This document shows, one piece after another, positions 5,975-14,226 of a stretch of 64,000 nt of DNA. The notes under the pieces were generated by a model. That model saw only the letters and a program-made list of their open reading frames with translations. It was not told the DNA's origin and searched no databases. Numbering within the stretch: position 1 is the stretch's first letter; every line of letters begins with the position of its first letter. Both the position numbers and the translations under genes were made by a program. The stretch is taken from the sequence record MW812342.1, one strand, 5' to 3'.

Positions 5975-6052
5975 GGTTCCCCAAGGCGGCTTGGGACATT
6001 ATCTCTCGGCTCTGTTGGGTAATGTCGTGGTTCAACTCCACAGGAATCACCA
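5975..6052 (+). ncRNA. degenerate tRNA-like RNA
   Basis: GGTTCC/GGAATC acceptor plus ACCA, GTGG-TTCAACT-CCAC T-arm, ACATTA/TAATGT arm with 18-nt loop. Confidence 0.5.
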
Positions 6053-6058
6053 AACAAT

Positions 6059-6127
6059 GGCCTCTCGCGATGGTGTGCTAAAAGCGCTTTATTGTGCTGC
6101 TAGGATGGTTCGAATCCGTCAGAGGCA
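6059..6127 (+). pseudogene. pseudo-tRNA (canonical T-arm, 6-nt anticodon loop, no CCA)
   Basis: GCCTCT/AGAGGC acceptor, GATGG-TTCGAAT-CCGTC T-arm, AGCGC-TTTATT-GTGCT arm. Confidence 0.5.
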
Positions 6128-6128
6128 A

Positions 6129-6204
6129 GAGCACCGCTGTTAAGCTGGTTAACACCCGACTCATAATCGGATATTCGCACGTTCGATTCGTGTCGGTGCT
6201 CGCC
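6129..6204 (+). tRNA. tRNA with CAT anticodon (Met or Ile2), atypical
   Basis: CCGA-CTCATAA-TCGG arm, GCACG-TTCGATT-CGTGT T-arm, 8-bp GAGCACCG/CGGTGCTC acceptor, ends GCCC. Confidence 0.8.
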
Positions 6205-6212
6205 CTTTTTTA

Positions 6213-6288
6213 GACTCTGTAGCTCAGTTGGTAGAGCGGATGACTGTTAATCATCAGGTCACAGGTTCAAGCCCTGTCAGAGTCGCCA
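6213..6288 (+). tRNA. tRNA-Asn (GTT)
   Basis: GACTCTG/CAGAGTC acceptor, GATGA-CTGTTAA-TCATC arm, GCCA end; 76 nt. Confidence 0.95.
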
Positions 6289-6559
6289 CATTTTGCATTG
6301 CCCGAGTCCCGAATGACATTCCGGAAAAATATCATCCATGGTCAAGGGCAGTGCAGAACCAAATTCCCGGCCCTTGCAGATAAAGCTTACCTGCATTAGC
6401 TGTCCCCTGCGGGGGTCGGGTACCACCTTTGTTCGTTTTGTTTTTTTCTTTCAATTGCCTGGCGGTATTGGTGGGAACAAAACGAATGAAGCCCTAGCGG
6501 GGGAAAAGCCGCTAACAACAACAGAAGCAGTAAAAACAGAAGTAAAAGCAGGAGTAGTT

Positions 6560-7372
6560 ATGTTTACTATCTTACGTAAAATCAATGGTAACCGCACACC
6601 AACCGAACACGAATCCCCAACGCTGGGTGATACGAAGTCACAAGTGTTCAAAGATGCGATGTCGCTTCTTACCGAATCCAACAACGTGCATAATTGCATG
6701 GATTCTGGAATGGATGCGAAGCCGTGGATTAACGGCAAATCTAAGCCTGTTGAAGAATGGGTAGAGCGCTTTAAGAAAGCGTTTGAGGTGGTCGACCCTG
6801 ACCCACAAGAGCTTATCGATCTGGTAAGTGAACTTTCTCCAGGAATGTTTGACAAAGCAAATGCGCGTTTTGCATCTCACTTTGGTCAGGTAGAAGATGC
6901 CTTCCTGAGAGACACCGGGCAAACCATCATCTGGTTAATACCTAAAGGTACCCCGATCGATAGCCAGTTCAAAGACATTCCACGCCAGTCTGTTGAAACC
7001 CTCCACACTACACTCGATTTCATCGAAGCTGATGAGATGAAGTTTGCTGTGTTCAATAGCAAGGCATTGTGGGATGGGTATAACTCCGCTGAACTGTTTG
7101 GCGGTGTAGCCACCGAGATTTCCTCGGTAGAACTCCAGCACATCTATCACGACGATATGGCGATGCCGCAAGAAGCGGTACTCAAAGCCAGCCGTCGGGG
7201 TGACCGTACGATGGAGCAGGTCATCGGGGTCCTTGCTTATGGCAACTCCGAAGAACCCGACCCTACCACGGGCAATGTGCCGGTCACAGTGATGACCTAC
7301 GAGTTTATCTACCAAGGCGATGAAGTCTACGTTACGAACCGTCACGGTAAGACAGTGGACTCCATCCGTTAA
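6560..7372 (+). CDS. hypothetical protein
   Basis: ATG 6560 after AGGAG SD (track start 6338 runs through structured non-coding sequence); 270 aa. Confidence 0.75.
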   Translation: MFTILRKINGNRTPTEHESPTLGDTKSQVFKDAMSLLTESNNVHNCMDSGMDAKPWINGKSKPVEEWVERFKKAFEVVDPDPQELIDLVSELSPGMFDKANARFASHFGQVEDAFLRDTGQTIIWLIPKGTPIDSQFKDIPRQSVETLHTTLDFIEADEMKFAVFNSKALWDGYNSAELFGGVATEISSVELQHIYHDDMAMPQEAVLKASRRGDRTMEQVIGVLAYGNSEEPDPTTGNVPVTVMTYEFIYQGDEVYVTNRHGKTVDSIR

Positions 7373-7476
7373 AGCATTAGCATGCTCGCTAATACCCGCC
7401 CTGAGGATTGGCCTCCTCGTGCTTGAAGGGCGACTCTCCTGTAGTACGCTTTGTAAGTCGACGTAAAATCGGTACG

Positions 7477-7519
7477 CCCTCTCCCCGAAAAGGGAGAGGG
7501 TAGTATCGTATATTTTTTT
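7477..7519 (+). terminator. intrinsic terminator
   Basis: CCCTCTCCC-CGAAAA-GGGAGAGGG with a downstream T-tract. Confidence 0.65.
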
Positions 7520-7525
7520 GGATAT

Positions 7526-7540
7526 ATATTACCTAGGTGA
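7526..7540 (+). promoter_or_regulatory. putative early (virion RNAP) promoter ATATTAYCNNNGTGA
   Basis: ATATTACCTAGGTGA; one of six copies in the window; resembles phiKZ early TATATTAC motif. Confidence 0.7.
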
Positions 7541-7589
7541 GATTAAACTATAATCTTTAACCTATCATTAGACTTTCGAGGATAAACTT

Positions 7590-8573
7590 ATGCATTACGC
7601 TCCAATGTCAGCACATGAAACCTTCGCCGCTCGTGGATACAGTCCAGAAGAAGGTAAACGTATTCGCGGCTATCTTCCGCGCCGCTTTGGCGATATCAGT
7701 AATGCCCTGCCCCTGACAAACGCTGAGTTCTGGCTGGCGTACGAGTGCATGAAGCACTACAATGACAATAGCCGCGAGCGTGGCCGCTTCTACGCCGCAG
7801 GTCCATTCAACTTCCAATCTAACGGGAAGGTCAACTATCGTTCTGAAAAGCTTAACGAAGATTTCTCCATGGTGGAATTCATCCGCCACTTTGGGGACAC
7901 GGTGTTCACCGACTTCGATGCTGAGTTAGGCATGAAAGTTCCACGCACTAATGCGGACGGTTCGTTGGTCATGAAGAACCGTATGGTGGCCACGCGTTTG
8001 GTCGAGATTGAGAAACAGGCACAACCGCAATCTGAAGACTTCTCAAGCTGGCACACCGCAAGCTGGATGAACTTCCCCGTCGGGTCACTCTCTCTACCGC
8101 CGACAGGTAACATTACACCCGAAACGGTATTGATGGCATCCCTGCACGGTACGATGGTACAAGAGTATGTTAATACGCAGGCCGGACGTATGTTGCATCC
8201 AACCCTTGATTATAAATGGGTGGCAACTTATGTCTATCTGAAACGCCTGTATCATGCGCGCGACCGTCAGTTCGGTCAGGACTACCATGGCATTCGTAGC
8301 ACGATTGAGATGAACCTACGCTTCCGTACAAGCACCGCCATGTACCCAAGCGATGTCATGACGCCGCCGCACTACTTCCACATCGATGCGGATCGCGTTA
8401 TGACTGCAAACGGTATCATGAATTTCCCACGTTTACACAATACAAAACCCATGGGCTTTTACGAGTCCATGTACCGCTTCAACAACAACGGCCATGTCGC
8501 CGCCATCACAACCATCCCCACTGAACTTTTCGATGAGTACAGTGAAGAGGATTGGAAAGCAGTTTTAGCATAA
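7590..8573 (+). CDS. hypothetical early protein
   Basis: 327-aa ORF, GAGGA SD, downstream of the early-promoter motif. Confidence 0.8.
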   Translation: MHYAPMSAHETFAARGYSPEEGKRIRGYLPRRFGDISNALPLTNAEFWLAYECMKHYNDNSRERGRFYAAGPFNFQSNGKVNYRSEKLNEDFSMVEFIRHFGDTVFTDFDAELGMKVPRTNADGSLVMKNRMVATRLVEIEKQAQPQSEDFSSWHTASWMNFPVGSLSLPPTGNITPETVLMASLHGTMVQEYVNTQAGRMLHPTLDYKWVATYVYLKRLYHARDRQFGQDYHGIRSTIEMNLRFRTSTAMYPSDVMTPPHYFHIDADRVMTANGIMNFPRLHNTKPMGFYESMYRFNNNGHVAAITTIPTELFDEYSEEDWKAVLA

Positions 8574-8578
8574 CTTCA

Positions 8579-8609
8579 AAGCGGGATTAAAACCCCGCTT
8601 TATTTTTTT
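8579..8609 (+). terminator. intrinsic terminator
   Basis: AAGCGGG...CCCGCTT followed by TATTTTTTT. Confidence 0.65.
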
Positions 8610-8644
8610 ACTTGAATTCCTGATTTATATAGGAGGGTAACATC

Positions 8645-9085
8645 ATGAAATCCAATTTGGCACACAGCTTTAACATCGTCCCGTTCTACCAACCAATCGA
8701 AATGACCCGTGCGTTAACCGATGGTTATCTGCCAGAAACTTTTATACCCAAAGGTCGCTACGACGAAATGTTGTTGGAGACGATATTCCCTATTATCACC
8801 TCTCATCCGCTGTTCAGAGAGTTTTCGTCTAAGCTGGCGTACCAAGACGGTACGGCTTTCCGTAAGGGTGAAGATGTTCCGGTGATTACCACCACGTACA
8901 ATATCTCACGAGAAGAAGCAGCCGCTATGGAGCATGACCCGGATGTATTCTTCCGGTTCATGAAGTCAATGGCCGAAGCCCTCGAAAAACGAGCCCTGCC
9001 GTTCGAGGAAATCTTCGCTGTTCTTCTTGACGCTATCTGCGCAAGTGACTTTGCCATGTTCCACAACATGAGCAGTCTGCACTAA
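8645..9085 (+). CDS. hypothetical protein
   Basis: 146 aa, AGGAGG SD. Confidence 0.75.
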   Translation: MKSNLAHSFNIVPFYQPIEMTRALTDGYLPETFIPKGRYDEMLLETIFPIITSHPLFREFSSKLAYQDGTAFRKGEDVPVITTTYNISREEAAAMEHDPDVFFRFMKSMAEALEKRALPFEEIFAVLLDAICASDFAMFHNMSSLH

Positions 9086-9151
9086 AAATTACGCCAGAGT
9101 CCCTCCCTATAGGGAATCTGTGCCTGTATAGATTCCAATAGGAGATGAACC

Positions 9152-9538
9152 ATGAAGACGACACTGCGTCCGATGGACGTGATTCTCGCTCACCCCGACA
9201 CGCTCAGCAAAATCGCACCCCAGTCAGAACTCGACCGCCGTTTATTAGAAAGCCTAGAATGGGGATTTACTCTCCACCCAGATGAGGTTTCCAACACACG
9301 CGTTCTCGATGTTACTGACGAAGTGGTCATTGACTGGACTGAGCGCGAAGGTTGTGACGATGTGCGAGAGTACGTGGCGCAAGCAACGGTACCCCCACGC
9401 GTACCCATCGCTGGATTGGCAGAACACACCATTTCTCTGCGCCGTTTATGCAACGCTCAAGACGAGATTGTTCGCAACGGTGAAGCGTGGAGCTATGGTA
9501 CCGCCAGTCACCTGAAGAACGTGCTGCTTCAGGCGTAA
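9152..9538 (+). CDS. hypothetical protein
   Basis: 128 aa, AGGAG SD. Confidence 0.75.
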   Translation: MKTTLRPMDVILAHPDTLSKIAPQSELDRRLLESLEWGFTLHPDEVSNTRVLDVTDEVVIDWTEREGCDDVREYVAQATVPPRVPIAGLAEHTISLRRLCNAQDEIVRNGEAWSYGTASHLKNVLLQA

Positions 9539-9590
9539 AAAAGAAAAGAAGATAACCCCTGCCGATGCAGGGGTTGGTCTTTCTTTTTTT
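9539..9590. terminator. bidirectional terminator
   Basis: AACCCCTGC-CGAT-GCAGGGGTT flanked by A-run and T-run between convergent genes. Confidence 0.75.
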
Positions 9591-9592
9591 GT

Positions 9593-10405
9593 CTACGATT
9601 TGAAACGACCACCGGACATGTAGTTGTAGCGGTTGCCGATGTCGTCGTTGTGAACCAGCGCGCGCTTCATCGCAGGCAGTGTGTCATCGAACATCTGCCC
9701 GGCATCCGAATACCCTTCCACCACGCTACGGAATGCACCAAACTCCATACCGTTCTCAATCTTCCCGGAATCCATATCGAAGATGAGTTGGTTATAGATG
9801 TATTGTTTGGTGGCAAAGACCGCCAAGTCAGCGACACGCGGATAGAAAGGAGTCTTGATTTCGTTCAGTTCTTCACTGAGCTTATACATGATCGCAATCT
9901 TCGTGGCGTAGACAAACATGCCGGGGTCTTTAATCTTGATGGTGTTCGGTCCCAGCACACGCACCTCGGGAGAACTGATACGCGGTAAGGCTGAGTTCGA
10001 ATCGACCACTAACTGCGTCGCGGCGAGCGCACCGGTGGTGGCCCCATCCAGATACGAGCCCGCAGGCGGGAGTGTATACGCCTGACCGGCCACCGGCGTA
10101 ACTGCGATGTGCGCTTCGAGGATTTCGCGGCCACCCGTTTTAAATTCATCGATGTGGTAAATGCGCGAGTAGTAGTCTTCCGTATCGTTCTCATAGGGCA
10201 GCCCCTGTAAATCAAGTTCGGTATATTGCCCCATGCGGGACACTTCGGGAATCACATACTCACGAATCACTTTATCCATGATTTCGTTTTCGATGCTACT
10301 GGCCACGCCCAACATCCGGAGGTTCTCTGGTGTAAAGGCGACTTTCAGCAGCGGTAAAGGAATGTCTCGCCGGATTTTGCGGAGACAATAATCTATCACG
10401 TTCAT
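9593..10405 (-). CDS. conserved jumbo-phage protein, probably virion structural
   Basis: 270-aa ORF with GGAG SD on the minus strand; position fits phiKZ-like layout; function inferred only. Confidence 0.65.
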   Translation of the reverse strand: MNVIDYCLRKIRRDIPLPLLKVAFTPENLRMLGVASSIENEIMDKVIREYVIPEVSRMGQYTELDLQGLPYENDTEDYYSRIYHIDEFKTGGREILEAHIAVTPVAGQAYTLPPAGSYLDGATTGALAATQLVVDSNSALPRISSPEVRVLGPNTIKIKDPGMFVYATKIAIMYKLSEELNEIKTPFYPRVADLAVFATKQYIYNQLIFDMDSGKIENGMEFGAFRSVVEGYSDAGQMFDDTLPAMKRALVHNDDIGNRYNYMSGGRFKS

Positions 10406-10528
10406 TTTGGGCTCCAGAGTGGCGTTAGGCAGCTTTCATAGCATGGGTAGTGGGGTAGGATAGGTTATAGTAAAAAATACGCTATATGGCTATTATGTGC
10501 GTACCACAGTCTAATTATTTTGACATAG

Positions 10529-10543
10529 ATATTATCTTTGTGA
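10529..10543 (+). promoter_or_regulatory. putative early promoter
   Basis: ATATTATCTTTGTGA upstream of the 10568-17045 operon. Confidence 0.7.
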
Positions 10544-10567
10544 CGAATCCATAAGGAGTATCTACTC

Positions 10568-10840
10568 ATGACGCGGGTGTTCTTTGAACTGAACTTGAAA
10601 ACCAAGCGCGGTTACATCGGTCCCCACTGGATTATCATCAACGCAATTCAAGAACTCATCTATCCGGGAACGTTTAACCTCGACAAACCTTTACTGGATC
10701 GAGCCGAGGAATATTTCGGTACGGATGCTTGGTACATGATTGCAAAGTTGGGTCCGAACCACCGTCATCCATTTATTTACCACAACGGGGTTGTAGAAAC
10801 ATGGTCAAGCTATACATCAAACCAGCTGATGTGCATGTAA
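10568..10840 (+). CDS. hypothetical protein
   Basis: 90 aa, AAGGAG SD. Confidence 0.7.
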   Translation: MTRVFFELNLKTKRGYIGPHWIIINAIQELIYPGTFNLDKPLLDRAEEYFGTDAWYMIAKLGPNHRHPFIYHNGVVETWSSYTSNQLMCM

Positions 10841-11454
10841 GCTTTTGGGGTGAGGTAGACAAAACGCCGTATGTGCAAGCATTACGCATGTCTGAGATGC
10901 AACGTCAGGAAGTGACAGTGCAGCTCCTCCACACCGCATTAGAACATATCTTCCTTTCGCTCGAGGAGATGCCTTTCGCTCAGCTGCATGACCACCTTGA
11001 GAAGTACGTTGATCAGGTGTTGTTGCACAAACTCCTGCATCACGATAAGAAAATGGAAGAACCCGAAATCATTCGCGGACGAACCCGTATTGTGACGGAA
11101 ACCATGTTCGGTAACGACATCCTCGACACCCGACTGGTTGACCGTGTTGTTTACGCAACCATCCGCGAACTGATTGATGTGGCCTTCGGTGAAATCTTCA
11201 ACAAGTTCGTAGACCAGATTGAATCGATGATTGAAGAATCGTGCAAACTGTGTAAGCGCAAGTTCAACCGTTATTCGATTGTGACCATCACGCCGCGTAT
11301 TGGTGCTCGTGCGAAGCTTGTTTGTTTGGAACTCGAACTGGGTGATGATATTCGACATGTCTACTTCAATCAGCGTTTCCCAACCGGGCGGTATAGTTCA
11401 GATAACGATGATAAAATTCGTGACCTGCAAAGCCTACTTCCGAATATTGGCTGA
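10801..11454 (+). CDS. hypothetical protein
   Basis: Probable start MVKLYIK at 10801; part of a tightly coupled operon. Confidence 0.7.
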   Translation: MVKLYIKPADVHVSFWGEVDKTPYVQALRMSEMQRQEVTVQLLHTALEHIFLSLEEMPFAQLHDHLEKYVDQVLLHKLLHHDKKMEEPEIIRGRTRIVTETMFGNDILDTRLVDRVVYATIRELIDVAFGEIFNKFVDQIESMIEESCKLCKRKFNRYSIVTITPRIGARAKLVCLELELGDDIRHVYFNQRFPTGRYSSDNDDKIRDLQSLLPNIG

Positions 11455-11776
11455 GGAAGAAGGACTTAGCAGTTACGATGTGCAGGTCTTGCTCAAGGAT
11501 ATTATCCTCGACCTGTTCAACTATCTGTTGTCGGGCTTCAATCCCACGGGTTCATGGGATGGCACTGCGGTGACGGTCATTGTGCGCGCTACGCGTCCAA
11601 AGACCACAACTAATCAGGCCAATAACTGGGCACGCCATGTTCGTCGCGCGATCTGCGAAGAACTGAACGTCCCCGCCAAAGGGTATCGGTTATGGCTGTC
11701 TGTGACCGATGAGTTTATCCGTTTTATCCCGTATAAGGATCAGGAGTATGAAAACGCTTTACTTCGAGTTTCCTGA
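11408..11776 (+). CDS. hypothetical protein (start uncertain)
   Basis: Fills the gap between neighbours in the coupled operon; ATG 11408 in frame with the track ORF. Confidence 0.55.
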   Translation: MIKFVTCKAYFRILAEEEGLSSYDVQVLLKDIILDLFNYLLSGFNPTGSWDGTAVTVIVRATRPKTTTNQANNWARHVRRAICEELNVPAKGYRLWLSVTDEFIRFIPYKDQEYENALLRVS

Positions 11777-12137
11777 AACTTATCGCGAGATTAATCGGGT
11801 GCTCGAGAAATTTACAAATAAAAACTATTTTGATGACCCGGATACCATCGATCATTACATCGAAATGCTTGTCCGCATGGAGACCCATCGGCGCTTGTAT
11901 AGTGCGGATATCGGTGCCCTGAAAAAGTGGATGCGCAGTGAGATTATTCGGTGGCCGGTTTCTGACGACTACTTCTCCAATAACACGGTGCAGTTATACA
12001 TTATTGAGTCTTCGGATCTTTGGGCTGCGATAGACAAAGAGATGACCATCACGCCCAATCCCGACTTCATCATGTGGCATGTTGAGCGTGGTGTGTGGAA
12101 AATGATTACTTCAGGAGTCAACCTTTATGTTAAGTAA
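11748..12137 (+). CDS. hypothetical protein
   Basis: MKTLYFEF start preceded by CAGGAGT SD (track ORF 11709..12137). Confidence 0.65.
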   Translation: MKTLYFEFPETYREINRVLEKFTNKNYFDDPDTIDHYIEMLVRMETHRRLYSADIGALKKWMRSEIIRWPVSDDYFSNNTVQLYIIESSDLWAAIDKEMTITPNPDFIMWHVERGVWKMITSGVNLYVK

Positions 12138-12633
12138 CACCTATTGCCTCATTCCCGATTACCAAGAGGTGGCGGGCCCGTTAACCGAGTTTGATCCTGC
12201 ATCCGTTCTCCGCGAAGTCAACGAAGACATGAACACGATTATCAATCGGGCGTTCGCGTTTGTTGAGACAGGCCATCTCGATGGGTCGTTGGAATTCAGC
12301 ATGAAGAACACCTTCAACTATGTGGCGACGGAATTGTCTACGCGTGGGATTGTGCTGGATAATGACTCGACCGTGGTTTACGCAAACGCCATTCAGAATG
12401 TTGGCAAAGCGTTCATGGTGGCGATCTCCTCATCCCCTTACTGGTTCACCCGTTACGGTAAGTGGGTCGGTGCCCGTTACAGCCCAACGTGCATCGGTGG
12501 CGTCGATGTGTACCTTGACCACAACCAACACAAGTTACCTCAGTTTGAATCCGCTGAACAGTATCAGGCCATCACGCCACGGTTACTGACAGTGGTCGAT
12601 ATGTTGATTGGTAATCTTGGGGGTCGCCTATGA
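12127..12633 (+). CDS. hypothetical protein
   Basis: 168 aa, AGGAG SD, overlapping coupling. Confidence 0.75.
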   Translation: MLSNTYCLIPDYQEVAGPLTEFDPASVLREVNEDMNTIINRAFAFVETGHLDGSLEFSMKNTFNYVATELSTRGIVLDNDSTVVYANAIQNVGKAFMVAISSSPYWFTRYGKWVGARYSPTCIGGVDVYLDHNQHKLPQFESAEQYQAITPRLLTVVDMLIGNLGGRL

Positions 12634-13202
12634 AGGTCTTTTACGATGTGTCTGCACGGGTTGTAGAGTTCGGGGCTACACGCTTCTATGAACACGTCCG
12701 TGAGCACATCTCCGCGATACTGACAGAGTGCCAGTTAGAGGTGACCAACGAAACCGTTGATAATCTCTATCATCTCTATCAGCGCTACGCCATGGCGTAT
12801 GTTATTGGCGTAACGACGCGGGATGCCGGTAAATTCATTGAACATCTGGTTGATGAGTTTGCCGAAGGTGATGAAGACAGTTACCGTTTAGAAACCGATC
12901 GCTCTGGCCTTGAGCTTCGTCAGCAGGGATTTCTGCTCGACCATTCATTCGAAGATATCGTGGTGGATGAGTTACCGCGTGTCTCGTCGATGGTTGCACA
13001 ATTCCCCGGCTGTTCGGGTCCGCAAGAGGAGCATGAAAAAGCGATCAATATGGCTGCCGCGATGTTCTTAGATGAAACCGGTATAGAGCTGTTGGGCCTA
13101 GCCAGCGTCATCGGCTCTGTGTGTCCGGGGAAATACATTGAACATTACGGTGATGACTTCAAAGGGTTAGTGGTGGTTTGCGAGCATGAAACTATACTTT
13201 GA
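12630..13202 (+). CDS. hypothetical protein
   Basis: 190 aa, ATGA overlap. Confidence 0.75.
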   Translation: MKVFYDVSARVVEFGATRFYEHVREHISAILTECQLEVTNETVDNLYHLYQRYAMAYVIGVTTRDAGKFIEHLVDEFAEGDEDSYRLETDRSGLELRQQGFLLDHSFEDIVVDELPRVSSMVAQFPGCSGPQEEHEKAINMAAAMFLDETGIELLGLASVIGSVCPGKYIEHYGDDFKGLVVVCEHETIL

Positions 13203-13620
13203 CCTCAATGATATCTGTGACGTTCCTGCCATGCTTGACCGGATTAACCAAGACAGCAATCGCTTCAAGGGTGAGTCGGCAAAAGCGTTTTACGCATTCA
13301 CTGCGATGTACGCAGCCTATACGCTCCGGGCTATTATCGACGGGGCCGCAGGAAACAACTTTGTTACTTATGTACCCGTTAAGGCCGCCCGCGTGTTTTC
13401 GAACATGACCAGCGTGTGGTCACATGACACCATCATCGATTTGCGCGTGTGTTTTGACACGCTCGATATGGACGACGTGGTGCGTTTTAACAATGTTGTT
13501 GCTACCGTGGACCATGCGTTGTTAAGCGAGGGCAAAACGTTCGAATCAATAAAAGACGCCAGTCACATACACATCGATCTGACAAACCCAAAAGGAACGG
13601 TGGTGTGTCTGGAGTGTTAA
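13186..13620 (+). CDS. hypothetical protein
   Basis: 144 aa, coupled to neighbours. Confidence 0.7.
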   Translation: MKLYFDLNDICDVPAMLDRINQDSNRFKGESAKAFYAFTAMYAAYTLRAIIDGAAGNNFVTYVPVKAARVFSNMTSVWSHDTIIDLRVCFDTLDMDDVVRFNNVVATVDHALLSEGKTFESIKDASHIHIDLTNPKGTVVCLEC

Positions 13621-13629
13621 GGAGTTGCG

Positions 13630-14226
13630 ATGGTCTACAAAGTGGTAGCCTACCACACCTGGAGCATGCATTTGGGTGTGGTGGAGTATCTGACCGGCAG
13701 TGAGGCATTTTCAGAACTGGTGACGCGAACCGTTGAGTCGTTTCCCAAAATGAAGATTGCCCTTCCCGTGGGTCCGTTAGAAGAAGACGCGATCTTCGCC
13801 GCGTTACACAATACCATGCCCTCCTACCTTCAAGCTTTCATGCTTACCATGACGCGTGCCGAAGAATCTCACGTTAAAGGCTTCCTGAAATCGCTTGATA
13901 AAGAATATCGGCGTTGGAAGTTTGGCACGGAGATGGACTCCGGTTCTGTTGATGGTGTGCTGGAAGATTTGGTTCCGCTGATTAAGCTCTACAAAGCAAA
14001 CAATGCCGATGGGGCAACCGTAACCAAGACCTTGTTGGATTACTCAGTTGAGACGCTGGCACAGTTCTTTGCTGGGGCGATTGTGGAAGAGTTCCGCGAA
14101 GCGGTGGATATGTTCCTGACGTGCCATCGTGGCAAGGTACAGTCCCTGAACGTGGTGCTGAACTTCCCACAGTGTCAGTATAACCTCATGGATATGAGGC
14201 TATTAATTGATGTGTCGGAGGAATGA
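13630..14226 (+). CDS. hypothetical protein
   Basis: 198 aa, AAGGAG SD. Confidence 0.75.
   Translation: MVYKVVAYHTWSMHLGVVEYLTGSEAFSELVTRTVESFPKMKIALPVGPLEEDAIFAALHNTMPSYLQAFMLTMTRAEESHVKGFLKSLDKEYRRWKFGTEMDSGSVDGVLEDLVPLIKLYKANNADGATVTKTLLDYSVETLAQFFAGAIVEEFREAVDMFLTCHRGKVQSLNVVLNFPQCQYNLMDMRLLIDVSEE

Noticed and set aside
5547-6143. 198-aa ORF in the tRNA cluster
   Set aside because: Overlaps tRNA-Ser and several tRNA-like structures, has no SD and atypical composition; the G/C-rich structured RNA explains the lack of stops
6338-6559. N-terminal extension of the 344-aa ORF
   Set aside because: Crosses hairpins and T-tracts; a strong AGGAG SD precedes ATG 6560
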